Positions 1 to 9,732 of a stretch of DNA of 64,000 nucleotides are shown piece by piece (the stretch's first letter is position 1; each line of letters opens with the position of its first letter). The DNA comes from an uncultured Alphaproteobacteria bacterium. Its GTDB lineage: Bacteria; Pseudomonadota; Alphaproteobacteria; Rhizobiales; Beijerinckiaceae. Both the position numbers and the translations under genes were made by a program. The DNA lies in assembly GCA_963824475.1 (NCBI GenBank), contig CAWGPR010000003.1, positions 10,737 to 74,736 on the forward strand, in the 5' to 3' direction. The notes under the pieces were generated by a model. That model was not told the DNA's origin. It made no database searches and saw only the letters and a program-made list of their open reading frames with translations.

Positions 1-1
1 C

Positions 2-1013
2 GGCGTCACCCTGCCGGCCTATCGCGGCGATATCGTCAACGACATCGAGTTCACGGCTTCGGCGCGCGAGCCCGACCCGCGCCGGCAGCTCGAGGCCTTC
101 CGCCAGTCCGCGGCGACCCTCAACCTTTTGCGCGCCTTCGCCAATGGCGGCTACGCCAACCTCGAGAATGTCCATCGCTGGATGCTCGGTTTCGTCAAGG
201 ACAGCCCCCAGTCCGAGCGCTACGAGGAGCTCGCTGACCGGATCACCGAGACGCTTGGATTCATGCGCGCCGTGGGCCTCGACCCCGAGGCGCATCCGGA
301 ATTGCGCTCAACCGACTTCTACACCTCGCACGAAGCGCTGCTGCTCGGCTACGAGCAGGCGATGACGCGGCTCGAATTCGACCTCGGGCGACTATTACGC
401 GACCTCGGGCCATATGATCTGGGTCGGCGACCGGACGCGCCAACTCGGCGGCGCTCACGTCGAATTCTGCCGGGGCTTGAAGAATCCGATCGGCCTCAAA
501 TGCGGCCCGTCGCTCAGCCCGGACGAGCTCATGCGTTTGATCGAAGTGCTTGATCCTGACGAGGAGCCTGGCCGGCTGACGCTGATCTGCCAATTCGGCG
601 CGGACAAGGTCGACGCCGCGCTGCCGCCGCTCTTGCGCGCGGCCAAACGCGAGGGCCGCAAGCTGCTGTGGGTCTCAGACCCGATGCATGGCAATACGAT
701 CAGGACCTCGACCGGCTACAAGACGAGGCCAACCGAACGCATCGCCCAGGAGGTGCGCAAGTTCTTCGCCGTCTGCCGCGCCGAGGGCGTCTACGCCGGC
801 GGCGTCCATCTTGAGATGACCGGCAAGAACGTCACCGAGTGCACTGGCGGAGCGCGCGCGATCTCGGAATCGGATCTGCACGATCGGTACCACACCTATT
901 GCGATCCGCGCCTCAATGCGGAGCAATCGATTGAAATGGCTTTCATGGTCGCCGATCTTCTTAAAGTCCAGCGGCTCTCCGCGCCGGAGCGACCGGTTCG
1001 GGCGGCCGAGTGA
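2..1013 (+). pseudogene. Class II 3-deoxy-7-phosphoheptulonate (DAHP) synthase; 5-prime end lies outside the window; frame broken by a 1-nt insertion at about 374-379
   Basis: Frame 2 from nt 2 reads [17 protein letters not shown]...[18 protein letters not shown]. Frame 3 continues [26 protein letters not shown]...DPMHGNT...VTECTGG. These are typical class II DAHP synthase motifs. The halves join if one A of GAATTC (374-379) is removed. Confidence 0.85.
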
Positions 1014-1036
1014 AGGCTCGGGCCTTGCACGCCCTG

Positions 1037-1150
1037 GATCGCGCTGATCGGCGGCGTGCGTTATTCTCTGCCGGGCGTGTTCGAGACCGTGCCGCTTAAG
1101 GCCGAGTTCAACGGCGCTCTATCTGCGGCGCGACCGATACGAGGCGTGGC
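1037..1150 (+). pseudogene. Internal fragment of an acyltransferase-3 family gene (decayed paralogue)
   Basis: GGVRYSLPGVFETVPLKAEFNGAL matches GGVHWSLPGVFETLPLKGQFNGSL of the intact gene at 2176-3351. There is nucleotide similarity too. The reading frame decays right after, and no N-terminal part is present. Confidence 0.6.
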
Positions 1151-1210
1151 TCTCACATTCCTTGCGTCCACTCGGGGCAGCTCGTGCTTCAAATGCGGAT
1201 CGTCCCGCCC

Positions 1211-1633
1211 TCACCAAATGACGGGCAGTTGCCTCAGCGAGACCCTCTCCACGATTTCCTGGGCCGCGGCTACGCCGACATTGTGAAAGACGCGGACCAA
1301 CTCCGCGACCATCCACTGGACGGCGCGAAAAAGGAACTCGCCATCCATGGCGTACGGCTTTACGTCACCGCCGACGCGACCGATCCCCCGGTCGCTGCGC
1401 ATCTCGTACACGGCAACCAGGACGCGAGGAATCTGAATCCTGACGGAGCGCGGGAACCTGGACGGAAAGTTCTCTAGCTCGCGGCACGCCTCAGGGAAGT
1501 TGTCAGGCTTTTGCGGGCCTGGGGCGTAATGGCCGTCCATGTGGCCTCTTAGAATCGTGTAAATAGTCTCACAGAGATTCCCAGAGTTCAAACCGACTTT
1601 CGGCCAATCGCGTGAAGACACATCGGTGAGCAC
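1211..1633 (-). CDS. Hypothetical protein (140 aa) in a scrambled lower-GC patch
   Basis: Open frame with non-repetitive composition. The 5-prime part sits in locally lower GC. No family recognised with confidence. Confidence 0.35.
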   Translation of the reverse strand: MLTDVSSRDWPKVGLNSGNLCETIYTILRGHMDGHYAPGPQKPDNFPEACRELENFPSRFPRSVRIQIPRVLVAVYEMRSDRGIGRVGGDVKPYAMDGEFLFRAVQWMVAELVRVFHNVGVAAAQEIVERVSLRQLPVIW

Positions 1634-2175
1634 GGCCTCATACGAACTCGATTAGCGGATCCAGGAGACCCACCGGGATCGTCAAAAGCGCGTCTCGGAC
1701 TGTGGTTGCCACGCCCTATCACCGGTGTTCGGTTCACCTTTCGGTAGCACGGCTTCGCTCTCACGCGCCAACCTTTTTTGGGCGCCGGCCGCGCGCCAGG
1801 CGTCGGTCGTGGCGGCCGAGGTTCAGCGGCTCTGGCAAAGGATCAACGCGAAGCTCGATGGGAAACGGCGCCTCAAAGCAGCGTAGGGCGGTTCCGACTT
1901 CGGCCAAATCGCTAATCGGCTTGGCCGGCTATCGCGCCCACAAAGTCGCCTGAACAATCGGTTGACGGGTCGACTGACAATGCAGTAGGCCAACTCCGGG
2001 CGGCCTTCTCCCTGGTCCGACCGGATGCGATACAGCTGGGTTATCGCATGTCATTCTTGGAAACTGCACGCTTATGGGCCCCTTCTCCCGCAACCAATGT
2101 CGTGACAACCTCCTTGGCCCACGCGGCAAGTGATCCTCAACGAAAGCTGGCTCGCCGCATCCGAGCGCGCATGCG

Positions 2176-3351
2176 GTGGCCGCTCGCGATCCCCCGCCCG
2201 GAGACCTGATGCGCCTCTCGGACTACGCGCAGAGCCGCGACAACAATTTCACTCTTCTGCGGCTGCTGGCGGCCTTTACGGTCGTTCTTTACCATAGTGG
2301 CCCTGCCCTCGGAATCGACGGGCGCGACCTGATTTACGACTATGTCGGGCGAGAGGTCGGCGAGATGGCGCTCGACATGCTGTTCGTGACGAGCGGTTTC
2401 CTTGTCACGGCGAGCCTGTTCAATCGCGGCGACCTCAATCATTTCCTGTGGGCCCGCGCTCTGAGGCTCTATCCCGCGCTCTGGCTCATGCTGCCGGTCA
2501 CCGTGTTCGTCCTCGGCGCCGCGCTGACCACCCTGCCGGTCAAAGACTATTTGACGTCGCAGACGACATGGGAATACGCGCGCAAGGGAGCGACAATCGT
2601 TGGCGGCGTGCACTGGTCGCTGCCGGGCGTGTTCGAGACGCTGCCGCTCAAGGGTCAGTTCAACGGGTCGCTGTGGACGCTGCCAATCGAAGCGCGAATG
2701 TACATTTACCTGGCGGTCGGCTGGATTCTTTTTGCGTGGGCGCCGCACATCCGAGTGCGGGCGCTGAGTTTCGCCGCGCCGGTCGCGGCAGCAGTGATGT
2801 TCGTCACGGCTGTGCGCGACCACGCGCATGGGTTGGCCAACAACGCGAACGTCGCGATCTTGATGTTTTTTATCGGCGCGTCCCTCTATTTCTGGCGCGA
2901 GAGCCTGTTCATCAATCGGGTGACCTTCGCCGCATTGCCGCTCATCGTCGCAGGCGCGGCGCTTATCGGACCAAGCGTCGCCTTCCCCGTCTATCTCCTA
3001 TGTGTGGCGCCGTTCGTGCTGCATCTCGCTTACATCCCCGGCGGGAAGATCAGGGATTTCAACGCTTGGGGCGACTATTCGTACGGCGTCTATATCTACG
3101 CTTTCCCCGTCCAGCAGACGCTTGCGCTTCTGTTTCCCAAGATGTCGCTCGCGGCGATGGCCGGAAGCGCCGGGGGGATCTCGTTTGGCCTTGCCTTCTG
3201 CTCGTGGAACCTGGTCGAGAAGCGGGCGATGGGGCTCAAGGATGTCTGCGCCGAGGCCACGTCTCGGGCGCTGCGTGCGGGCCTGGCCGCGGCGCCCTTT
3301 GCACGCTGGCGCGGCGCCCCCAAACCGGGCAAGCTTTACCCGAACAACTGA
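2176..3351 (+). CDS. Acyltransferase family 3 (OafA/YrhL-like) integral membrane O-acyltransferase
   Basis: N-terminus RDNNFTLLRLLAAFTVVLYHS is the typical acyltransferase_3 start. Multiple hydrophobic helices follow. The ATG at 2209 is an alternative start. Confidence 0.85.
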   Translation: MAARDPPPGDLMRLSDYAQSRDNNFTLLRLLAAFTVVLYHSGPALGIDGRDLIYDYVGREVGEMALDMLFVTSGFLVTASLFNRGDLNHFLWARALRLYPALWLMLPVTVFVLGAALTTLPVKDYLTSQTTWEYARKGATIVGGVHWSLPGVFETLPLKGQFNGSLWTLPIEARMYIYLAVGWILFAWAPHIRVRALSFAAPVAAAVMFVTAVRDHAHGLANNANVAILMFFIGASLYFWRESLFINRVTFAALPLIVAGAALIGPSVAFPVYLLCVAPFVLHLAYIPGGKIRDFNAWGDYSYGVYIYAFPVQQTLALLFPKMSLAAMAGSAGGISFGLAFCSWNLVEKRAMGLKDVCAEATSRALRAGLAAAPFARWRGAPKPGKLYPNN

Positions 3352-3487
3352 GCTTGGTTCTCCTTGGATTTATTTTCGGTTTCCTCGGGCTGTCGCTGGC
3401 CGGGCGGCCGGTCGTCTACGCTCGTCCACGAGAAAGGAGACCAGGGAACCCCCAGTCGGGAAGAAATCGTTGGTTTTTCGCGCTCGA

Positions 3488-3638
3488 CCCCTCGTCGGCG
3501 GCCGTCTCGGTCGCGATCGCGATCCTGTCATGGAAGCCGATCGAGGAGCGCGCGCTTGGCCTGAAGGGCGATTTCGCCGAGGCGACGTCGCGCGCCTTCA
3601 ATCTCGGCCTGGCCAAGATCGCTAGCGTCGTGCGCTGA
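3488..3638 (+). pseudogene. C-terminal remnant of an acyltransferase-3 paralogue
   Basis: ILSWKPIEERALGLKGDFAEATSRAFNLGLA parallels FCSWNLVEKRAMGLKDVCAEATSRALRAGLA at the C-terminus of the intact gene. No upstream coding continuity. Confidence 0.55.
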
Positions 3639-3645
3639 CGCGGAT

Positions 3646-4077
3646 TTGCGTTCGCCCACGCCACGCCGCATGAATCCCCGCCTGGAGGACTCCGTGATTC
3701 TCGAGACCTATACGCGTGTGTTTGTCGATACCAACTCAATCGAGGGCGCCATCGCCTTTTACAAAGCCTTGCTGTCAGGCGAGGAGAGCCTCCGCTTCCG
3801 CTATCCGGAAACAGGTCTGGAACTGGCGGCCGTCTCCTCGCCGCGCCTCTCGGTGCTGATCATCGCCGGACCGCCCGAGAAACGGGCGCCTTTTGAGGCG
3901 ACGCGTCTCACCATCAAGGTCGATGCTTTGGAACCTTTCGTGAAAGTCCTGAAGCAGGCCGAAGCCGAGCAACTCGAGCCAGTTCAGCCGACGCCGGTCG
4001 GGCGGAAGACCCGCTTCCGGCACAAGGATGGACTAGTCGTGGAGTACGTCGACCACACATCCCCGGGCGCGTCCTGA
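3646..4077 (+). CDS. VOC (glyoxalase/bleomycin-resistance fold) family protein
   Basis: About 130 aa with a beta-alpha-beta-beta-beta style pattern (VILETYTRVFVD...LTIKVDALEPFV...DGLVVEYVDH). Start is uncertain: ATG 3670, or GTG 3694 preceded by GGAGGA. Confidence 0.55.
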   Translation: MRSPTPRRMNPRLEDSVILETYTRVFVDTNSIEGAIAFYKALLSGEESLRFRYPETGLELAAVSSPRLSVLIIAGPPEKRAPFEATRLTIKVDALEPFVKVLKQAEAEQLEPVQPTPVGRKTRFRHKDGLVVEYVDHTSPGAS

Positions 4078-4150
4078 GGCTGCCACGCCGACGCCGGATT
4101 TGCCCCCCATCCGATTGCGCGCGCCTTCCACGCCGCGCTAAATCTCGCTC

Positions 4151-5899
4151 ATGGCCGCTTCCATCAGCAACCGCCTCACAATTGCGCTCGCGCAAATCCC
4201 AGCGATCGTTGGCGACATCGCGGGCAACCGCGACCGTCTGCGCAAAGCGCGAGCGGAGGCCGCCGCCTTCGGCGCCGACATCGTGATGGCGCCGGAACTC
4301 TACCTCTCCGGCTATCCGCCCGAGGATCTGGTGCTGAAGCCTGCCTTTCAGGAAGCCTGCCGCGCGGCTTGCGAGGAGCTGGCGCGCTTGACCGCCGACG
4401 GCGGGCCGGCGGCGCTGGTCGGCCTGCCCTGGGTCGGCGAGGACGGCAAGCTGCACAACGCCATGGCGCTCCTCGACGGCGGGAGGATCGAGGCGGTGCG
4501 GTTCAAGTTCGACCTGCCCAATTATGGCGTGTTCGACGAGAAGCGCGTCTTTGCGCCGGGGCCGTCGCCGGGACCGATCGTCTTTCGCGGCGCGCGCGTC
4601 GGCGTTCCGATCTGCGAGGATATCTGGGGGCCCGACCCGGTCGAGTGCATCCTCGAAACCGGCGGCGAAATTCTGCTGGTCGGCAACGCGTCGCCTTATG
4701 AGCGCGACAAGCTCGCCATCCGCCAGAACGTCGCGGTGGCGCGCGTCGTCGAGAGCGGCCTGCCGCTCATCTATCTCAACATGGTCGGCGGTCAGGACGA
4801 GCTCGTGTTCGACGGCGGCTCGTTCGCGCTCAACGCCGACCGCACCTTAAGCGCGCAATTGCCTGCCTTCCGCCCAATGGTGGCGCGCACCGTGTGGGAG
4901 CGCGGCGAGGGCGGCTGGCGCTGCGTCGAAGGCCCGCTCGAAGTGGTCGAGGAGGGCGACGAAGCGGACTATGCGGCCTGCGTGATGGGTCTGCGCGACT
5001 ATGTCCAGAACAACCGCTTTCCGGGGGTGGTGCTTGGCCTCTCCGGCGGCGTCGATTCGGCTTTGTGCGCCGCGATGGCGGTTGACGCGCTGGGGGCTGA
5101 GCGCGTGCACGCGGTGATGCTGCCCTATCGCTTCACCTCGAACGAATCGCTCTCGGATGCGGCCCAATGCGCCAAAGCGCTTGGCGTCCGCTACGATATC
5201 GTGCCGATCGCCGAACCGGTCGAGGGCGTGGAGCATGCGCTCGCGCGGATGTTCGCCGGCAAGGCGCGCGACATCACCGAAGAGAACATCCAGAGCCGCG
5301 CCCGGGGCCTGATCCTGATGGCGATCTCCAACAAGACCGGCGCGATGGTGGTGACGACCGGCAACAAGTCGGAAATGTCGGTCGGCTACGCCACGCTCTA
5401 CGGCGACATGAACGGCGGCTTCAACCCGATCAAGGACCTTTACAAGATGGAGGTCTTTCGCCTCGCCGCGCTGCGCAACCGCTGGAAGCCGATAGGAGCA
5501 CTCGGGCCGGATGGCGAGGTGATTCCTCAAAACATCATCGTCAAGCCGCCGAGCGCGGAATTGCGCGAGAACCAGAGGGATGAGGATTCGCTGCCGCCCT
5601 ATCCGGTGCTCGACGGCATTCTGCACGGACTGGTCGAAAAAGAGATGCGCATCGCCGACATTGTGGCTGAGGGTTACGATTCGGAGACGGTGCGCAAGGT
5701 CGAGCGTCTGCTTTATCTCGCGGAATACAAGCGCCGCCAGTCGGCACCGGGGGTCAAGGTGGGGCCGAAGAATTTCGGCCGCGACCGGCGCTATCCGATC
5801 GTCAACCGCTTCCGCGACCTGGGCCTTAAGGCGCAAAAGCCGGATGCGTCGATTGCGCCGCTGAAGTCGGCGGGGACGAGCGAACGGTTCGAGGAGTAG
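4151..5899 (+). CDS. nadE: Glutamine-dependent NAD+ synthetase (CN-hydrolase domain plus NAD synthetase domain)
   Basis: N-terminal nitrilase-like domain (ICEDIW). C-terminal LGLSGGVDSA P-loop and TGNKSEMSVGYATLYGDM motifs. Confidence 0.95.
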   Translation: MAASISNRLTIALAQIPAIVGDIAGNRDRLRKARAEAAAFGADIVMAPELYLSGYPPEDLVLKPAFQEACRAACEELARLTADGGPAALVGLPWVGEDGKLHNAMALLDGGRIEAVRFKFDLPNYGVFDEKRVFAPGPSPGPIVFRGARVGVPICEDIWGPDPVECILETGGEILLVGNASPYERDKLAIRQNVAVARVVESGLPLIYLNMVGGQDELVFDGGSFALNADRTLSAQLPAFRPMVARTVWERGEGGWRCVEGPLEVVEEGDEADYAACVMGLRDYVQNNRFPGVVLGLSGGVDSALCAAMAVDALGAERVHAVMLPYRFTSNESLSDAAQCAKALGVRYDIVPIAEPVEGVEHALARMFAGKARDITEENIQSRARGLILMAISNKTGAMVVTTGNKSEMSVGYATLYGDMNGGFNPIKDLYKMEVFRLAALRNRWKPIGALGPDGEVIPQNIIVKPPSAELRENQRDEDSLPPYPVLDGILHGLVEKEMRIADIVAEGYDSETVRKVERLLYLAEYKRRQSAPGVKVGPKNFGRDRRYPIVNRFRDLGLKAQKPDASIAPLKSAGTSERFEE

Positions 5900-6053
5900 A
5901 GGGTGGGTGGCGCCTCGCGAGCCGCTGCATTTTTTGCTCTTATAGCGTCAGCTGTTTGGACAGAGTTCGACCTAGGGCTGTGTTCGCGCCTCGCGCCGGA
6001 CTGCTTCAGCCACTTTCGGACACCAGGCAACTCATTTCGGGAGGGATTCAGAC

Positions 6054-7486
6054 ATGCTGGGAAATATGGCTCGCCTCGCTTATGCCGGGCTGGTCGGCGC
6101 CGCCTTCGCCGGCGGCGGGTCTTCCAGAGCGGCAGCCGAGCCGGCGAGCGAACAGGATGCGCATGCGATCGGCGTCGAGGCCTATCTCTACTTCTACCCT
6201 CTCGTCACCATGGACCTGACCCGCAAGCAGCTGACGAACGTCGCCAAGCCGGAGGGCTTCGAGGCGCCGATGAACGCCTTCGCCAGCGTTCCCGCTTTCT
6301 TACGGCGGACATGAAAGTCGTCGTCCGGCCAAACTTCGACACGCTCTATTCGAGCGCCTGGCTCGACTTGACCAAGGAGCCGGTGATCGTCTCGGTCCCC
6401 GACACGCATGGGCGCTATTACCTGCTGCCGATGCTGGACATGTGGACTGACGTGTTCGTCTCGCCTGGCTGGCGCACGACGGGAACGGCGGCCGGCGACT
6501 TCGCCGTGACGCCTCCCGGCTTTACCGGTTCGCTCCCGGCGGGCGTCATTCGCATCGACGCGCCCACGCCCTATGTCTGGATCATCGGCCGCACCAAGAC
6601 GGATGGGCCGTCCGACTACGACGCCGTGCACGCGATCCAGGCCGGCTTCAAAATCACGCCGCTCTCGCAATGGGGCAAGGCTGCCGAACCTGTCGTCGGC
6701 CATGTCGATCCCGATATCGACATGAAGACGCCGCCGAAGGTCGCGGTCGATGCGATGCCGGCGGGCAAGTTCTTCGCCTACGCCGCCGAAATCCTCAAAT
6801 CGCAGCCGCCGCATATCACCGACCAGCCGATCCTCGCCCGCATGCGGCGAATCGGGATCGAGCGCAGCAAGAGTTTCGACATCGACAAGGTTGATCCGGC
6901 GATCAAATCCGCGCTTAAGAGCGCGCCGGAAGACGCCCAGAAGCTGATGGCGTGGAAGGTGAACAGCCTTGCCCGCGTCGTCAACGGCTGGTCGATGAAC
7001 ACCGACACGATGGGCGTTTACGGCAATTATTACCTCAAACGCGCGATCATCACCCAGTTGGGTCTCGGCGCGAACCTGCCGGAGGACGCGATCTATCCGA
7101 TCAACCTCGCGGACGAGTCAGGCAAGCCGCTGGATGGCGCGAGCGCCTATACTTTGCACTTCGAAAGGGGCGCCGCGCCGCCGGCCAACGCCTTCTGGTC
7201 GATCACGCTCTATGACGCTCAGGGCTACCAGGTGGCGAACAGCCTCAACCGGTTCGCTCTCAGCAGCTGGATGCCGTTCAAATATGATCCGGACGGCTCC
7301 CTCGACCTCTATGTCCAGAACGCGAGCCCTGGCGCCGACAGGCAAGCAAACTGGTTGCCGGCGCCAAAGGGACCGTTCAACCTCACGATGCGGATCTATG
7401 CGCCAAAGAGCGAGGCGCTGACCGGAAAGTGGAGCCCGCCGCCGGTCACGAAAGAGAGCCAGCCAACCTTGGCGCCGGCGCAATAG
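6054..7486 (+). pseudogene. DUF1254/DUF1214 two-domain secreted protein; frame broken at about 6297-6302
   Basis: Frame 3 gives a signal peptide plus AHAIGVEAYLYFYPLVTMDLTRKQ...PMNAFASVPAF. Frame 2 continues LTADMKVVVRPNFDTLYSSAWLDL...RYYLLPMLDMWTDVF. A 1-nt loss in the CTTTCTT run explains the break. Confidence 0.8.
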
Positions 7487-7622
7487 CTTGTCCTCACAAG
7501 CGAGGGCGCCGCACGCGGGGCGGATCGTCGCCGCCCCCGCGCGGTCCTTCGCGCCTCCCAGCTATCCTGGGACCTGATATAAGCGACATCGCCAGGGTCG
7601 AAGCCCCCACGGAGGCATTTCC

Positions 7623-8066
7623 ATGCAAAACGTCGCGTTCAAGGCCGGAGATACGATCATCTGCGAGGGCGACGAGGGCGATACGGCGTTCTTCATCGTC
7701 AGCGGAGCGGTCGACGTCGCAGTCGGCCGCGGCGCCAATGCGAGAGTTGTCGGCAGGCTTGAGATCGGCGACGTATTCGGAGAAATGTGCCTGATCGAGC
7801 CGGGGCCGCGATCCGCGACCGTCACCGCGGCGTGCGATACGGAATGCCTCGCGGCCTCGTATCAAGAGTTCATCGCCGCAATCGAGGAGAACCCGGAACG
7901 CGCCGTCGGGTTCATGAAAACGCTGGTCCGCCGTCTCCGCAAAATGAACGAATTGCTCGAGAGCGCGAGCCCGGAGCGGCGCGGGCTACGCGCCATGCTC
8001 CTCGATTGCCAGCCGTCCGGAGGCTCCCCCGAAGCCGCCGCCCTATCCTGGACGATGCTGTGGTGA
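7623..8066 (+). CDS. Standalone cyclic-nucleotide-binding (cNMP/CAP-effector) domain protein, no HTH
   Basis: FKAGDTIICEGDEGDTAFFIVSG...GDVFGEMCLIEPGPRSATVTA shows the beta-barrel and phosphate-binding cassette (FGE...RSA). Only 147 aa. GGAGG lies upstream. Confidence 0.8.
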   Translation: MQNVAFKAGDTIICEGDEGDTAFFIVSGAVDVAVGRGANARVVGRLEIGDVFGEMCLIEPGPRSATVTAACDTECLAASYQEFIAAIEENPERAVGFMKTLVRRLRKMNELLESASPERRGLRAMLLDCQPSGGSPEAAALSWTMLW

Positions 8067-8165
8067 GTCGCCGGCCGCCCAAGCGTCGCCCCTTCCGACG
8101 ATCGGTCTTAACTGTCGTCTATTGTTCACAATCCAGCGTTAATCGAAGGGGAGCAGGGGGAGCCC

Positions 8166-8411
8166 ATGACCGATGTCTCGGCCGATCTTCAGCGGGAGCT
8201 GGACCAATTGCAGGCGGCCTACAAGGCGGCCGTGGACAATTGGGTGGCTGCGATCCGCGAGGAGGAGGCGCTCGCCTCCGGCAACCATAACGTCGCGGAG
8301 CTCGACAAATGGGAGGGCGCCCATTACCGCGAGCATAAGCTGCACAAGGAAGTCGATTTCCGCAAGCGCCTCTATGAAGACGCGCTGCGCCGCGAATTCT
8401 TCGGCTTCTGA
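8166..8411 (+). CDS. Small (81 aa) helical hypothetical protein
   Basis: Clean ORF behind a GGGGGAG RBS-like stretch. Charged coiled-coil-like composition. Confidence 0.5.
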   Translation: MTDVSADLQRELDQLQAAYKAAVDNWVAAIREEEALASGNHNVAELDKWEGAHYREHKLHKEVDFRKRLYEDALRREFFGF

Positions 8412-8460
8412 TCTTCCGAGCTCCTGGCGCGACTGATCGAGCCGCGGCTTCGATCTTGTC

Positions 8461-8640
8461 GAACGCCGAATTCAACCGATCTTGACAGGGCGTCGCAGTT
8501 CACGCCAAGTCGAACCGAAGGACTTCGGGGGCCGAGGCGCAGGACCGGCGCGACCGGGCCGTCCGCAGGGCAGCCTGGTGGAGCGTCCGACTGTCGGATG
8601 AACAAAATCGCCGCCGATCCCACTCAACCTTATCGCAGCC
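8461..8640 (+). repeat. Copy 1 of a duplicated leader plus 5-prime CDS segment of the PycTM-like genes (contains TTGACA at 8482-8487)
   Basis: Near-identical to 9119-9301: ...TTCAACCGATCTTGACAGGGCGTCGCAGTTCACGCCAAGTCGA...GGAGCGTCCGACTGTCGGATGAACAAAATCGCC. Confidence 0.85.
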
Positions 8641-9059
8641 TGATCGCCGGTTACACCGACGCGATCCGCCAGAGCGATTTCAAGGCCAATATCGCGTTTC
8701 TGTTCGTCGCCTTCATGATGGGTTCGGTTCTCTGGAACTACACGTCCTTTCCGAGTTACCTGTCGGTCCAGCTCGTGCTGGTGCCTTTTCTGATCGTCTA
8801 TTTCTTTTTGTTCATGGTGCTTATTCCGCGCTATCCCAAGCGCGGGGCCAAGAGCTTCCTCGTTGCACGCAATCTGACGCCTGCGGATTTCGAGTCCGTC
8901 GCCCAGACTGCAGACGACCTCGAACAGTTAAAGCTCACTTGCGCAGTGCTGTCCGACATTCTTTGGTGGAAGACGCAGTGCATCCGCGTCAGCTTCCTCG
9001 TGTCGATCGTTTGCGTGTTCCTGACCATGGTTCTGCTTCTCTACGTCGCATTCAGATGA
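8598..9059 (+). CDS. PycTM/DUF5706-like three-TM membrane protein, paralogue 1
   Basis: N-terminal IRQSDFKANIAFLFVAFMMG ([AS]DxKA motif running into TM1). TM2 is LVLVPFLIVYFFLFMVLIP, followed by PRYPKRG. A roughly 55 aa soluble loop with LKLTCAVLSDILWWK, then a C-terminal TM. Confidence 0.7.
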   Translation: MNKIAADPTQPYRSLIAGYTDAIRQSDFKANIAFLFVAFMMGSVLWNYTSFPSYLSVQLVLVPFLIVYFFLFMVLIPRYPKRGAKSFLVARNLTPADFESVAQTADDLEQLKLTCAVLSDILWWKTQCIRVSFLVSIVCVFLTMVLLLYVAFR

Positions 9060-9118
9060 TTCAGGCGCCCGCGGCCGGGGTCGCTCGGCGCGTTTGAACC
9101 GGCCGCTCCGGCCGCGTC

Positions 9119-9301
9119 GAAAGCCGAAATTCAACCGATCTTGACAGGGCGTCGCAGTTCACGCCAAGTCGAGCCGAAGGAGTTCGGGGGGCCGAGGCCG
9201 AGGACCGGCGCGGATGGGCCCGTCCGCCGGCCGGCCTTGTGGAGCGTCCGACTGTCGGATGAACAAAATCGCCGTCGATCCCGCTCAACCTTATCGCCGC
9301 C
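9119..9301 (+). repeat. Copy 2 of the duplicated leader plus 5-prime CDS segment (TTGACA at 9141-9146)
   Basis: See copy 1. Only a few substitutions and indels by eye, while the downstream CDS is clearly more diverged. Confidence 0.85.
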
Positions 9302-9732
9302 TGATCGCCGCTTATACCGACGCGATCCGCCAGAGCGATTTCAAGGCCAATATCGCGATCCTGATGGTCGCCTTCATGATGGGCCCGGTTCTCGGCAATC
9401 ACTCGCGCTTTCCGAGCTATCTGCCCATCCCGTTCGTCATGCTGCCGTTCCTGATCGTGTACATCTGTCTGTTGGCGGTGCTGATCCCGCGCTATCCCAA
9501 GCGCGGCTCCAAGAATTTCGTCGTCTCGGCCAACGCCAAACCCGCCGATTTCGCCAATGTCGTCGAGGCCGAGGACGAGCTTGAGCAGCTGAAACTGCGT
9601 TGCTCGGTCCTGTCTGAACTGCTGTGGTGGAAGACCCTCTACATCAGGATCAGCTTTTTTGTCGCGATGGCGAGCATTGTGGCATGCATGGTCTTGCTTC
9701 TTTATATCTGGTACGGAGGAAGGGGCCGATAG
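9259..9732 (+). CDS. PycTM/DUF5706-like three-TM membrane protein, paralogue 2
   Basis: MNKIAVDPAQPYRRLIAAYTDAIRQSDFKANIA... Roughly two-thirds identical to paralogue 1 by eye, with the same topology. Confidence 0.7.
   Translation: MNKIAVDPAQPYRRLIAAYTDAIRQSDFKANIAILMVAFMMGPVLGNHSRFPSYLPIPFVMLPFLIVYICLLAVLIPRYPKRGSKNFVVSANAKPADFANVVEAEDELEQLKLRCSVLSELLWWKTLYIRISFFVAMASIVACMVLLLYIWYGGRGR

Noticed and set aside
1702-2129. ORFs 1702-1953(+) and 1929-2129(-) as genes
   Set aside because: The translations are Arg/Pro-rich or lack any recognisable pattern. The region shows several short protein-like stretches in different minus-strand frames (for example AAWAKEVVTTLVAGEG and QLYRIRSDQGEGRPELAYCIV). 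This suggests a decayed or indel-ridden gene that I cannot reconstruct.
8110-8135. TTGTTCACAA near-palindrome upstream of the small ORF at 8166, as a CRP/FNR-type operator linked to the cNMP protein
   Set aside because: The half-site spacing (2 nt) does not fit TGTGA-N6-TCACA or TTGAT-N4-ATCAA. The neighbouring cNMP protein also has no DNA-binding domain.
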